Assembly (NCBI GenBank): GCA_017983435.1
Contig: JAGOBM010000005.1
Coordinates: 28,469-92,468 of the forward strand
Origin: Candidatus Moraniibacteriota bacterium
GTDB taxonomy: Bacteria > Patescibacteriota > Minisyncoccia > Moranbacterales > UBA1568
DNA length: 64,000 nt
Reading direction: 5' to 3'
The notes under the pieces are model-generated. The model searched no databases. It saw only the letters and a list, made by a program, of their open reading frames with translations, and had not been told where the DNA came from. Position numbers and translations under genes: made by a program. Of the stretch, positions 9,058 through 18,300 are shown piece by piece (the stretch's first letter is position 1; each line of letters starts with the position of its first letter).

Positions 9058-9816
9058 ATGCCCCTCCTCCCCAAAAAAGGCTCAGTCCTTGTCTTCTCTC
9101 TCATCATCTTGAGCATCATCCTCTCCGCCGCTATCACGGTAGCGAGTGTCTCTATCACCAATCATCGTTCTGCCTCTTCGACTGGCAAATCCGTCCAATC
9201 CTTCCAAGTCGCTGACTCCGGTATCGAGCTCGCTCTCCAGAAGATCTACAAAGGCAATCATGCCACGCTCAGTGCCATGGCTACCGCCATGGGAGGCGGA
9301 GCCTCCTGTGCCGGAGGCACCATCTCCAAGAACAACGTCGTCGGAGGCAATATCAAAGTCTCGTTCTATGACAATGATGGTAATCTCGTCACCTGTGCCG
9401 CTACGGATTGGAGAGACAAAGTCGTACGAATCAAATCAGAAGGCTCCGCTTTCGGGACGACTCGGGTGGTGGAAACGGCGGTGGCGGCGAGCGGAAATTT
9501 TACAGGGAGTTATGACTGTACGGGAACGGGGCATGCTCTTGGTGGAGGCAACTATACGAATGGGACGAAACCAAGGTTTGTCATCGTGACCGCGCACAAT
9601 ACTGCCAATATTTCCCAGGGATGGATATATGCGTATGTGAATAATGTGGCGGTGGGGAGAGCGACTACGAGCGATGCTAATTCGGGACTTGGCTGGCTGG
9701 CTGCTGCGAACTCAGTTTCTTTTATGGTTCCGCCAGGGGCTCAATATAAGGTAGATAGGGTACCGAATAATGGGAATACGAATATCGTTCAGGATTCGTG
9801 GTGTGAGATTGAGTAG
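9058..9816 (+). CDS. Secreted / cell-surface protein with pilin-like N-terminus (KKG followed by a hydrophobic helix)
   Basis: 252 aa; N-terminal MPLLPKKGSVLVFSLIILSIILSAAI resembles a class III (prepilin-type) signal but lacks Glu at +5; G/T/N-rich C-terminal domain. Confidence 0.45.
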   Translation: MPLLPKKGSVLVFSLIILSIILSAAITVASVSITNHRSASSTGKSVQSFQVADSGIELALQKIYKGNHATLSAMATAMGGGASCAGGTISKNNVVGGNIKVSFYDNDGNLVTCAATDWRDKVVRIKSEGSAFGTTRVVETAVAASGNFTGSYDCTGTGHALGGGNYTNGTKPRFVIVTAHNTANISQGWIYAYVNNVAVGRATTSDANSGLGWLAAANSVSFMVPPGAQYKVDRVPNNGNTNIVQDSWCEIE

Positions 9817-9849
9817 CTGTACTGGATGTTTTCCGTACAAGAATATACA

Positions 9850-9877
9850 AAAACAGCGGGTGACCGCTGTTTTTTAT
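9850..9877. terminator. Bidirectional intrinsic terminator (aaaaacagcgggtgaccgctgtttttt)
   Basis: Perfect 7-bp GC stem flanked by A-run and T-run, between convergent genes. Confidence 0.75.
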
Positions 9878-9891
9878 CTTATGAGAAGTTG

Positions 9892-11007
9892 TTATTCGAG
9901 GATATAATCGAGGGTCTCTCGAGCGCAGGTGTCCCAGGAGAAGTGCGTCAGGCGAGCTCGGCCCTGCGTGATGAGCTCAGCCCTGCACGACGCATCGGTC
10001 CAGAGCTGGAGAAGCGCTTCAGCGATCCCTGCGGTGTCGAAGGCATCGGCATAGAGCGCGGCATCGCCGGCTACTTCGGGGAGGCTGGAGTTCCGAGCGG
10101 TCAGGACCGGTGTGCCAGAGGCGAAGGCTTCGAGAATCGGAATGCCAAAACCTTCGAAGAGTGACGGGAAGGCGAAAGTGCGGGCTCCCTGGTAGAGCGC
10201 CGGGAGATGATCAGATGGCACCTGACCGGTCAGAAAGATATCGTCGCGATATGGAGAATGTTCTCGGGCAGCGATGATCGGATCGGACAGCCAGGCACGC
10301 TCGCCGGCGAGTACGAGCTTGGCTTCGGGCGCGGAGGCTTTGAGTATCCCGAAGGCCTCGATGAGACGGATGAGATTCTTGCGCGGCTGCAGCGCGCCGA
10401 CGTAGAGGATATACTGCTGATCACGGAGTCCGTAGCTCGCTAGGATGCGGGTTTTTTCATCGACGCTGACGGTTATTCCGAAACGCTCCTGGGTGAAGCC
10501 ATGGTGGATCACGCGTATGTTCCGGTCATCGAGATTCGGAAAGGAAGCGAGGAGATCCTGTCGAGTCGCTTCAGAGACGGCGATGATCTTGTCAGCGCGA
10601 GCGACAGCGCGGTTCAAGAGGAAATCAAGCTTGAAGCGGGTTTTGGGTGTAAACGTCTCTGGATAGTGCCGCCAGGCGATATCGTGTACGGTGACGGTAA
10701 TCTCGGCCGAAGCGGGCAGAAATACCGGGACGGCTTGGACCGGGAAAAATATCTTCTCCGGCCGGGTACGAAACATTTCGAGAGCGAACCGGGTCTGCAT
10801 CCACTGGCTCGGGAACGGCAGAGCGGTTTCAGCGTAGTTGTCGAAATGCGGAGGAGTGAGCTCAGGATTGAAACGTGTTTTGTGATAGAGATGGAAAGCT
10901 GTTTCGGGAGCGAGCGTGCCGAAACGCTTGAGGAGCTCGAGGAGGTAGATACGGGTGCCATCAATGCGGGCGGCATCCAAATCAGCGGCTTGGAGGGCAA
11001 TCGTCAT
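9892..11007 (-). CDS. Glycosyltransferase family 1 (GT4)
   Basis: GT-B fold with C-terminal motif FPSLFEGFGIPILEAFASGTPVL. Start trimmed to Met at 11007 (MTIALQAADL...); the ORF-track N-terminal extension is R/P-rich and non-coding-like. Confidence 0.85.
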   Translation of the reverse strand: MTIALQAADLDAARIDGTRIYLLELLKRFGTLAPETAFHLYHKTRFNPELTPPHFDNYAETALPFPSQWMQTRFALEMFRTRPEKIFFPVQAVPVFLPASAEITVTVHDIAWRHYPETFTPKTRFKLDFLLNRAVARADKIIAVSEATRQDLLASFPNLDDRNIRVIHHGFTQERFGITVSVDEKTRILASYGLRDQQYILYVGALQPRKNLIRLIEAFGILKASAPEAKLVLAGERAWLSDPIIAAREHSPYRDDIFLTGQVPSDHLPALYQGARTFAFPSLFEGFGIPILEAFASGTPVLTARNSSLPEVAGDAALYADAFDTAGIAEALLQLWTDASCRAELITQGRARLTHFSWDTCARETLDYILE

Positions 11008-11021
11008 AAGAGCAGTCGGGA

Positions 11022-11432
11022 TTAGGCTTTGCGGAAGATCGCGAGACTCCCGACAATCGAGAGCGCTATCAGGATGCTGGCGGCGAGAGGGAATTTGAAG
11101 AGCGAGAGCGCGATGAGCGCGGCGCCCCAGCATCCGAGGAAAAACATGAGGACGAGAGAGCCGGCTTTGGAGAGCGGTGTGGTCTCTCTCTTCTGCGATA
11201 CGGACACGAATGTGTGGAGGGCGAAAGCTGCGAGGATGATACCGAAACACAGGGCGAGATTGATTCGGGCCGAGACGAAAGTCGGCAAGAGCATCTCTAT
11301 CGAGAGCAGGCAGGCAAAACCGAAGAGGGCTATCAGGAAGAATTCGGTGAAGAGTGCCCAGAGGACGGCTGACCCGGGAAGCCGTTTCAGGAGAGCGGAG
11401 ATATCGATGGAGAGAGGCAGATGGATACGCAT
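11022..11432 (-). CDS. Small membrane protein (4 TM), hypothetical
   Basis: 136-aa hydrophobic ORF immediately upstream of and co-directional with the GT4 gene. Confidence 0.5.
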   Translation of the reverse strand: MRIHLPLSIDISALLKRLPGSAVLWALFTEFFLIALFGFACLLSIEMLLPTFVSARINLALCFGIILAAFALHTFVSVSQKRETTPLSKAGSLVLMFFLGCWGAALIALSLFKFPLAASILIALSIVGSLAIFRKA

Positions 11433-11442
11433 AGGGGTTTGA

Positions 11443-12609
11443 TTATTCTCCGATACCGAAGCGGCTGAGAAGTCTGGTTTTGATCTGGCTTCCGAAGAGG
11501 CGGAAGTTGGCGCTGGTGCGGTCAGTAATCATCGAGACGGTGAGTGTATCGATATCGATAGGGGCTTCGCTCCGGAGGGCAAGCTGGAAGGCGCTGCCGG
11601 AGTCGGAAGAGAGGCTGCTCTCGGGGATATCGCAGGTATAGCGAGTGGCGCTCCACCAGACGGCGGTCGGGAGACAGGAGAGATTGATAGCTCGGGCATC
11701 GAATGAGGCTTCGATCGGATGTGTCGATGTGATGAGGAAATCACGGTATTCAGGCGATGTGATGGGTCTGAGGCGCTGGCCGTGCACGAGGAGATAGACG
11801 CCGCTGTCCGTGTCGCGGAAGACAGTGCCCTCCGATTGGGCCGCGCCGTAGAGGAGGATACGCCCGCGCTCGTAGATACCGACTTCTTCTTCGTGGGCTG
11901 GAATGACATCTTCAAAACGATAGCCCATGGAGAGGAATATCCCTGGGTCGCCGAATGGTCGGATCTCGTGCTCGCTCGTGACGAGGAAGATGCCATCGGC
12001 GAATGAAATGAGGCTGCCGACTCGGAAGCCGATCCATTCGTCAGAGACAGGGAGTGTCTCTGCGAGGCTCGCAGCGAGCGGCACAGCGAAGGACGCTGGG
12101 TAGCGGGAGAGATAGGCGCGGGTCGAGACGAAGCGTTTGAGTGACCCTCCATCCTGAGCATAATAGATACCTTCCTGATCCTGGTAGAGCAAGGGGTGTT
12201 CGAAGGAGGCGACCGGAGTATCATCGATCGGCAGGAAGAACGAGCGGTAGGAACGGGAAATCGATGCCTTGAGGCGGGCAGCTTCCCCGGATTTCTGGCT
12301 GAGATCGAAGGAGATGCGGATGCGTGAGAAGGTACCTGGACTGTCGAAATTGCCGATAAGCGTCTGGTCGGCAGCGATCTTGCCGTTCTGGAGCGGTGTC
12401 TGATCGGAGAGTTGTCGCGGATCGAGAAAAGTATTCTTCGTCGATTGCGGGGTGCGGAAATTGAATCCAAACGGCAAGGTGGGAAAGATGATACGGAGCG
12501 CGAAGAAAAGAGCGAGAGCGAGACAGAGAATATAGAGGACGACGCGGCTTATGAGGTAGCAGCGTCTCTCTTGCGGAGGGATGGGACAGAATGGTTCGGC
12601 GAAGGACAT
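11443..12609 (-). CDS. Membrane-anchored hypothetical protein
   Basis: 388 aa, single N-terminal TM, no recognisable domain; member of the minus-strand operon. Confidence 0.5.
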   Translation of the reverse strand: MSFAEPFCPIPPQERRCYLISRVVLYILCLALALFFALRIIFPTLPFGFNFRTPQSTKNTFLDPRQLSDQTPLQNGKIAADQTLIGNFDSPGTFSRIRISFDLSQKSGEAARLKASISRSYRSFFLPIDDTPVASFEHPLLYQDQEGIYYAQDGGSLKRFVSTRAYLSRYPASFAVPLAASLAETLPVSDEWIGFRVGSLISFADGIFLVTSEHEIRPFGDPGIFLSMGYRFEDVIPAHEEEVGIYERGRILLYGAAQSEGTVFRDTDSGVYLLVHGQRLRPITSPEYRDFLITSTHPIEASFDARAINLSCLPTAVWWSATRYTCDIPESSLSSDSGSAFQLALRSEAPIDIDTLTVSMITDRTSANFRLFGSQIKTRLLSRFGIGE

Positions 12610-12620
12610 GACGGTGATGA

Positions 12621-14438
12621 TTATTCTATTTCAAAGATGACCGCGCCGCTACCAAACGGTACTGATTCGAGCGAGAATCCGTATGAGTCGGCGGTCGGTG
12701 TCGGGTTGAGACCGATGGAACCGAAAGCGGCCGTGTGGCGAGCGGACAGCGTGTAGCCGCTGAGTGCCTGAGCCCATTGGGTCGCTTCGGTGGTGGGGAC
12801 AATCAGCCAGACATGCTCGTAGAGCGAGCGGTCGATCTTGCTGAGGTCGTCCGGGTTGAAAAAATACGCGGCGTTCTTGTGGTGGAGAGAGGCGAGCGGT
12901 CCGGCGATCATGGCGAATCCGGACCCGGTCGTCTCGCGGTCGACGAGGATGAGGTCTCTCGGTCCGAAGAAGTCTACGATCTCAGCGGTTTCTCTGAGCA
13001 GGCTGGTATTTTCTTGGGCCAAGAGACCTTGTTGCCACGCAGCGGTTTGAAACGCGAAGAGGCTGGCAAAAACGAGCGCGAGCACGAAGCGGCGTCGCGG
13101 GCTCTGGGGAAAACCGATCGGGAAATGCCGATTCTCGGCAAAGAGGATACTGATGCCGACGAGAGCCGAGAAGACGAGTGTCGGGTAGATGGTCGGGAGA
13201 TAGCGGCGGAGCATCCAAGGATGGTCGGGAGTGATGTTGGGGAACACAAGATAGGCGAATGTCGGCAGAGCGATCAGAAAAGGTACCAGGGCGGAATATT
13301 TACGATAGCGGAAAATGATGAAGATGCCGATGAGCCCGAGGATCACTATGAGGAGGAGTCCGTAGTTGATCAGTATCGGCAGGACGGGTAGCGCATCGAC
13401 GGTGGCTGAGGTGGTAGTCTCCGCAGCGCCGAAACTCGTGAGGAAATCGCGGAGGGCTTTGCCGATCATCGTGTAGAACGGAAGCGCATCGGAAAAGCTG
13501 GTACCGAATGTCAGGAGGAAGAGGAAGATCGGTGCGACGAGGCTCTTGACCGGGTAGAGTCGCCAGATCGAGCGAGCGTGGGCGCTCCCGGCGATAAGGA
13601 AGAGGGTGATCGGGAGGAGTAGAAATCCTTCGATACGTGTGAAGCAGAAGATGCCGGCCGCCGAGAGAGCCGCGGCGTAGTGGAGAAATTTCCCTTCGGC
13701 CCGGAAGCGGACGACGGAGAAGGCGAGGAAGATGAAGAGGAAGAGGGCGAGGTTTTCCGTCAGGGTGAATTTGGCAAACCAAGTCGGCAGGAAAGCGGCG
13801 CCGAGAGCCAGGGTGCCGAGAAAAGCGATGAAGCGGTGGAGGAAATTACGGAGGAGGAAATAGAAAGAGAAGAGCGAGAGGGTAAGAAGTACGGCATTGC
13901 CGATGGCGAGCCCATCGATCCGGAAGAGGGCGTAGAAGCTGGCCAGCCAGGCGGTGTAGGCGAGGGGGAACTGAGTCAGGAGCTCGCCGTGTCCGGTGTA
14001 GAAAAATCCGGGGAAATTGTAGGCGAGTCCGGGGCCGTATATCGAGAAGAAGGTATCGGCTGCCGGCAGAGAGAAGCGGAAGGCGTGATGCTCAGCGAGC
14101 GCGATGGCGGCTGTGGCGATGGAACCCTGGTCGCGGCCGGTGAAGACGGTCGGTTCGACAGGGAGCGTGCTCATGAGCGCGAGACCGAGCAGGATGAGGA
14201 GAAAGACTTTTTCTGGTAGATCGAGCAGCGCGAGCGTCTTGATGAGGAGGAAGAGTACAAGCGTGCTCATGAGGGAGAAGCCGAAAGCGATGAGCGGGAT
14301 GTAGAAGAATCCGCTGACTCCGAGCGCGAGCGCGAACCAGATAAAGACCAGTGCTGCGAGGCCGGTCAGGGTGAAGAAATTTTGCGCCTGATGGGTAGAG
14401 TGCTTCTGTTCCATAAATATATGTCTAGTGTACCGCAC
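12621..14438 (-). CDS. Polytopic membrane protein, possible GT-C-fold glycosyltransferase (ArnT/PMT-like)
   Basis: 605 aa with about 13 predicted TM helices and a C-terminal soluble domain; head of a minus-strand operon with GT4; the functional call is inference from architecture only. Confidence 0.4.
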   Translation of the reverse strand: MRYTRHIFMEQKHSTHQAQNFFTLTGLAALVFIWFALALGVSGFFYIPLIAFGFSLMSTLVLFLLIKTLALLDLPEKVFLLILLGLALMSTLPVEPTVFTGRDQGSIATAAIALAEHHAFRFSLPAADTFFSIYGPGLAYNFPGFFYTGHGELLTQFPLAYTAWLASFYALFRIDGLAIGNAVLLTLSLFSFYFLLRNFLHRFIAFLGTLALGAAFLPTWFAKFTLTENLALFLFIFLAFSVVRFRAEGKFLHYAAALSAAGIFCFTRIEGFLLLPITLFLIAGSAHARSIWRLYPVKSLVAPIFLFLLTFGTSFSDALPFYTMIGKALRDFLTSFGAAETTTSATVDALPVLPILINYGLLLIVILGLIGIFIIFRYRKYSALVPFLIALPTFAYLVFPNITPDHPWMLRRYLPTIYPTLVFSALVGISILFAENRHFPIGFPQSPRRRFVLALVFASLFAFQTAAWQQGLLAQENTSLLRETAEIVDFFGPRDLILVDRETTGSGFAMIAGPLASLHHKNAAYFFNPDDLSKIDRSLYEHVWLIVPTTEATQWAQALSGYTLSARHTAAFGSIGLNPTPTADSYGFSLESVPFGSGAVIFEIE

Positions 14439-14469
14439 AACATGGGTCTTTTCAATTTGCCAAAGAGGG

Positions 14470-16971
14470 ATGCTCCAATATAGAATGGAGAAAACAAAAC
14501 ACCGAATGAACTATCTTTCTTTTTTTCTCTGGTACTACGGAGAGGGCGCTCGGAATGGTTTCGCAAATGTGCGCGATCTTCTTCGGGCTGTGTTGCATCG
14601 TTTCAATACGCGCGAGCTCCTCTCGACCTTCTTTTCGCCTTGGAAACGGGATGTCGAATACCGCACCTGGAGGGGATTCCATCCGATCAAGGGTCTGGTC
14701 CGGCTGATTGACAATCTCTTGTCGCGGTTCATGGGCATGCTGGTCCGGTTGCCGGTGATACTCTACGGACTTGGGTATTTCCTGGTAGCGCTGGTGTTTG
14801 GTACTGCTGTCTATCTCTGGTATCTTTTGTTGCCGGTAGCGGTCATGATCGGCTTCTATGGATTTTTGACGGGACAGAATCTGCTTTCGGAGACCGGGTG
14901 GATCATCAGCGGTCTCGGCGTGCTGTTTGGATTCGTCTGTTTTGTAGTCCGGACGCCGGAGCTTGAGGCGATCGGCAATATCGATTTCATGGCACTGCAG
15001 AAGAAGCCGTGGTTCGATCGGGTGCTCGCGCGGCTCGAGATGGATCGGAGCGATGTACCGGCGGATGCCCTGGTCAATGTCCGTGCATTCATGGCGCTGC
15101 TCAAGATGCGGAATATAGACGAGGATATGCTCGCGGCCGCGCTCGATATCGAACAGCGGGCTTTTGTCAAAAGCGCCCGGTCCAAGCGCTTCTGGCTGTG
15201 GGAGAATCTCGAAAAGAAAACACCGATCGGCAAGGGATGGCGCTATGGCTATACGCCGCGTCTCGACCGCTACTGCCTCGATCTCTCTCGATGGGATGCG
15301 ACGGAGTATCGCTCGATGGAGCTGGTCGGCCGCCAGGCGGAGTTCCGGGTAGCGACGGTCGTACTGGAGCGGCCGCAGCAGAACAATATCTTCCTCGTCG
15401 GCGAGCCGGGTATCGGCAAGAAGATGTTTATCCACTATCTCGCTCGGCTGATTCGGGAAAGCTCCTTCCCTCGGGGCGATGCTCTCAACGAGCTGCGTGT
15501 CCTGGTCTTCGATATCGGTGAAGCGATCGGCGAGGTGCTCAATCGCGGAGAGAACGTCGAAGACTTCCTCCGATCATTGTTTTTTGAAGCGGCTTCGGCG
15601 GGCAATGTTCTCCTGGTCATCGAGGATGTGGACCTCTTTCTTGGTACCGATCCTCAGAAAATCAACGTCGCGCATCTCTTGAATGAGTTTCTTAATCTTC
15701 CGACTTTCCGTTTCATCGGGACAGCGGTCGCAGCGCGCTATCATCTCTTGGCCAAGAAGGATGAGCAGATACTCAAGCTGTTTGAGACTATCTATCTGCG
15801 CCAGCCGAATATCGCTGAGAACCGCGAGATCCTCGTGCAGTTCTTCGCTCAATCGGAACGCCGGCAGGTGGTATTGACGCTCAAGGCGATCGAGACGATC
15901 ATCATGTCGTCGCGGCGCTACAATTGGGAGATGCCGTATCCGGAGCGAGTGCTCGATCTCGCGCAGCAGGTCATGATCTACTTCCGCAACCAGCCGGGCC
16001 GCTTCCTCACGGACCGGGTCGTCAACGAATACGTGAGCATGAAGACCGGCATGCCGATCGGCGAGGTGAGCGAGACCGAGCAGAAGAAACTGCTCAATCT
16101 TGAGACAGAGCTGCACGAGCGAGTCATCGGCCAGAATGAGGCCGTGAATCAGGTGTCGCAGGTCCTCCGCAAGGCGCGGGCTGGATTCCATGATCCAAAA
16201 CGGCCACTGGGGAGCTTCCTCTTCATGGGTCCGACGGGTGTCGGCAAGACGGAGACGGTCAAGGCATTGGCGGAATCGATTTTTGGTGATGAAGAGAAGA
16301 TGATCCGGCTCGATATGAGCGAGTTCCAGATGGCGAGTAGTCTGGAGCGGTTGCTCGGATCGCAGGCGGACGGGCTGCCCGGTATTCTGACCAAGGCCAT
16401 GAAGGAACACCCGTACTGCATCCTCCTCCTCGATGAGATCGAGAAAGCGTATCCCAAGATTCTTGATGTCTTCCTGCAGATCATCGATGAGGGTATGGTG
16501 ACCGATAGCTTCGGCGAGAAGATCAATTTCCGCAACGCCATCATCATCGCGACCTCGAACGCTGGGTCAACGCTTATCAAGGAGCTCTCCGAACAGGAGA
16601 TCCCGCTCAATGTCCTCCGCAAACAGGTGATCGATCAGGTGGTGCATGACGGTGTCTTCCGCATCGAATTTATGAACCGTTTTGACAATCTCATATTCTT
16701 CGAACCGCTCTCGGTACCGCAGCTCTCCGGTATCGCTGAGCTCAAACTCAAGAAATTCGTCGAGCGGATCAAACAGGACCGCAATATCGAAGTCGTCATC
16801 GCGCCGGGAGTGACGGAGCGCGTCGTCTCACGCGGCTATGAACCGCAGTTCGGAGCCCGATCGGTTAACCGGTTTATCATGGATCATATCGAAGATATCG
16901 TGGTGCGCAAGGTGATTTCCGGGGCAGTGCAGTCCGGAGGCACCGTCCTGATCGGTCCTGAGGATGTTTGA
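14470..16971 (+). CDS. Membrane-anchored two-domain Clp-like AAA+ ATPase (ClpA/ClpB/ClpC family, N-terminal TM domain, degenerate D1)
   Basis: D2: GPTGVGKT Walker A, LLLDEIEKA Walker B, VIGQNEAVNQV...RAGFHDPKRPLGSFLFMGPTGVGKTE signature of the Clp D2 domain. D1: GEPGIGKKM (Lys replaces Thr/Ser) and IEDVD. N-terminal about 180 aa with 3-4 TM helices. ATG 14470 chosen (AGGG RBS); the upstream in-frame start would overlap the divergent gene. Confidence 0.8.
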   Translation: MLQYRMEKTKHRMNYLSFFLWYYGEGARNGFANVRDLLRAVLHRFNTRELLSTFFSPWKRDVEYRTWRGFHPIKGLVRLIDNLLSRFMGMLVRLPVILYGLGYFLVALVFGTAVYLWYLLLPVAVMIGFYGFLTGQNLLSETGWIISGLGVLFGFVCFVVRTPELEAIGNIDFMALQKKPWFDRVLARLEMDRSDVPADALVNVRAFMALLKMRNIDEDMLAAALDIEQRAFVKSARSKRFWLWENLEKKTPIGKGWRYGYTPRLDRYCLDLSRWDATEYRSMELVGRQAEFRVATVVLERPQQNNIFLVGEPGIGKKMFIHYLARLIRESSFPRGDALNELRVLVFDIGEAIGEVLNRGENVEDFLRSLFFEAASAGNVLLVIEDVDLFLGTDPQKINVAHLLNEFLNLPTFRFIGTAVAARYHLLAKKDEQILKLFETIYLRQPNIAENREILVQFFAQSERRQVVLTLKAIETIIMSSRRYNWEMPYPERVLDLAQQVMIYFRNQPGRFLTDRVVNEYVSMKTGMPIGEVSETEQKKLLNLETELHERVIGQNEAVNQVSQVLRKARAGFHDPKRPLGSFLFMGPTGVGKTETVKALAESIFGDEEKMIRLDMSEFQMASSLERLLGSQADGLPGILTKAMKEHPYCILLLDEIEKAYPKILDVFLQIIDEGMVTDSFGEKINFRNAIIIATSNAGSTLIKELSEQEIPLNVLRKQVIDQVVHDGVFRIEFMNRFDNLIFFEPLSVPQLSGIAELKLKKFVERIKQDRNIEVVIAPGVTERVVSRGYEPQFGARSVNRFIMDHIEDIVVRKVISGAVQSGGTVLIGPEDV

Positions 16972-17100
16972 CATATGTTCTTAAAAGTGGTATAATTAAA
17001 AAAGAGTGCCATGGCGCCCCGGAAGTGTTTCCTGGGCGTTTTTTCTTTGGGTTTTGCTCGGAATGAGCTACACTGAAACCATAAAACATCAGGTGGCCCT

Positions 17101-18300
17101 ATGTCGGATCAACCGGAAAAGTTGAAAGTGCTCGTCGTGGCCCCAACGCCCTTTTTTGCTGACCGGGGGACACATATCCGTATCCTCGAAGAGGCTCTGG
17201 CGCTTGAAACTCTGGGGCACGAGGTGACGATCGCGACCTATCATATCGGTAGCGATATTCCGGAAGCGCTCGGCTCCGGGATCGACGTGCGTCGTATCCG
17301 GCGGTGGCTGTTTTGGTACCAGAAGCTCGAAGCAGGTCCGGATTGGCAGAAGATCGTCTTGGATCTCCTCCTGATCAAGAAGACGCTATTTCTCGCACGG
17401 ACCAAGCGGCCGGATATCATCCATGGTCATCTGCACGAGGGCGTCTTGATCGGGTGGATCGTCCAGAAGCTCCTCTTCTGGCGCGGTATTCGGCTGGTCG
17501 GGGATTTCCATGGCAGCCTGGTCAAAGAGATGGTGTCGCATAAGTATCTCGGAGCGGGCCTGCTCAAGGGAATATTCCAGCGAATCGAGCACACTATCGA
17601 TAATCTCGGGGATGCGGCCGTGACGAGCTCCTGGGAGAATACGGATGAGATCAGTCATATCCGCAAGGGGCAGTCGACGGAAACGCTTTTGGATGGTGTA
17701 CGTCTTGAGATGTTTGAAGGAGTGCCGGACCGGATGATAGTGCGTCGGCGCTTCGACATACCGGAAGACAAGACCGTCGTGATCTATACCGGGGCGCTGA
17801 TACCGAACAAGGGTATCGGATTCTTCCTGGAGGCGATTCCGATTGTAGCTGCGGAAGATGAGCGGGTGCACTTCGTCATCGCTGGGTTTCCAGTCGACAA
17901 GATCGAGCGGTATCTGTCGCAGCCGGTATTTCAGGAGCGCGTGACGGTCATCTCGCCGTTGCCGTATTTCACGCTGGCCGAAGTGCTCGGGATGGCGGAT
18001 ATCGGTGTCGATCCGAAAGAGGCTGAGGTGCGTCAGGCGAGCGGCAAACTCCTGCAGTACATGGGTGCCGGATTGCCGATCGCTTGTTTCGATACACGGA
18101 ACAATCGCGAGTATCTGGCCGAGGGTGGCAGTTATGCGTCGGAGGTGTCGGCTGCTGGACTGGCCAAGGCCATACTTCGCTTGGTTGCTGATCCGGAAGC
18201 GCGTGCGCGGCAGGGCCGATCGAATCGCGAGCGAGCAGAACGCTTTACCTGGAAAGAGCCGGCCCGCAGGTTGGAAAATATCTATCGGACACTCCTATGA
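17101..18300 (+). CDS. Glycosyltransferase family 1 (GT4)
   Basis: GT-B fold; N-terminal KVLVVAPTPFFADRGTHIRI and C-terminal GT4 motifs. Confidence 0.85.
   Translation: MSDQPEKLKVLVVAPTPFFADRGTHIRILEEALALETLGHEVTIATYHIGSDIPEALGSGIDVRRIRRWLFWYQKLEAGPDWQKIVLDLLLIKKTLFLARTKRPDIIHGHLHEGVLIGWIVQKLLFWRGIRLVGDFHGSLVKEMVSHKYLGAGLLKGIFQRIEHTIDNLGDAAVTSSWENTDEISHIRKGQSTETLLDGVRLEMFEGVPDRMIVRRRFDIPEDKTVVIYTGALIPNKGIGFFLEAIPIVAAEDERVHFVIAGFPVDKIERYLSQPVFQERVTVISPLPYFTLAEVLGMADIGVDPKEAEVRQASGKLLQYMGAGLPIACFDTRNNREYLAEGGSYASEVSAAGLAKAILRLVADPEARARQGRSNRERAERFTWKEPARRLENIYRTLL

Noticed and set aside
14452-15435. 327-aa minus-strand ORF overlapping the AAA+ gene
   Set aside because: Antisense to the Clp-like ATPase N-terminal half; R/P/E-rich spurious frame
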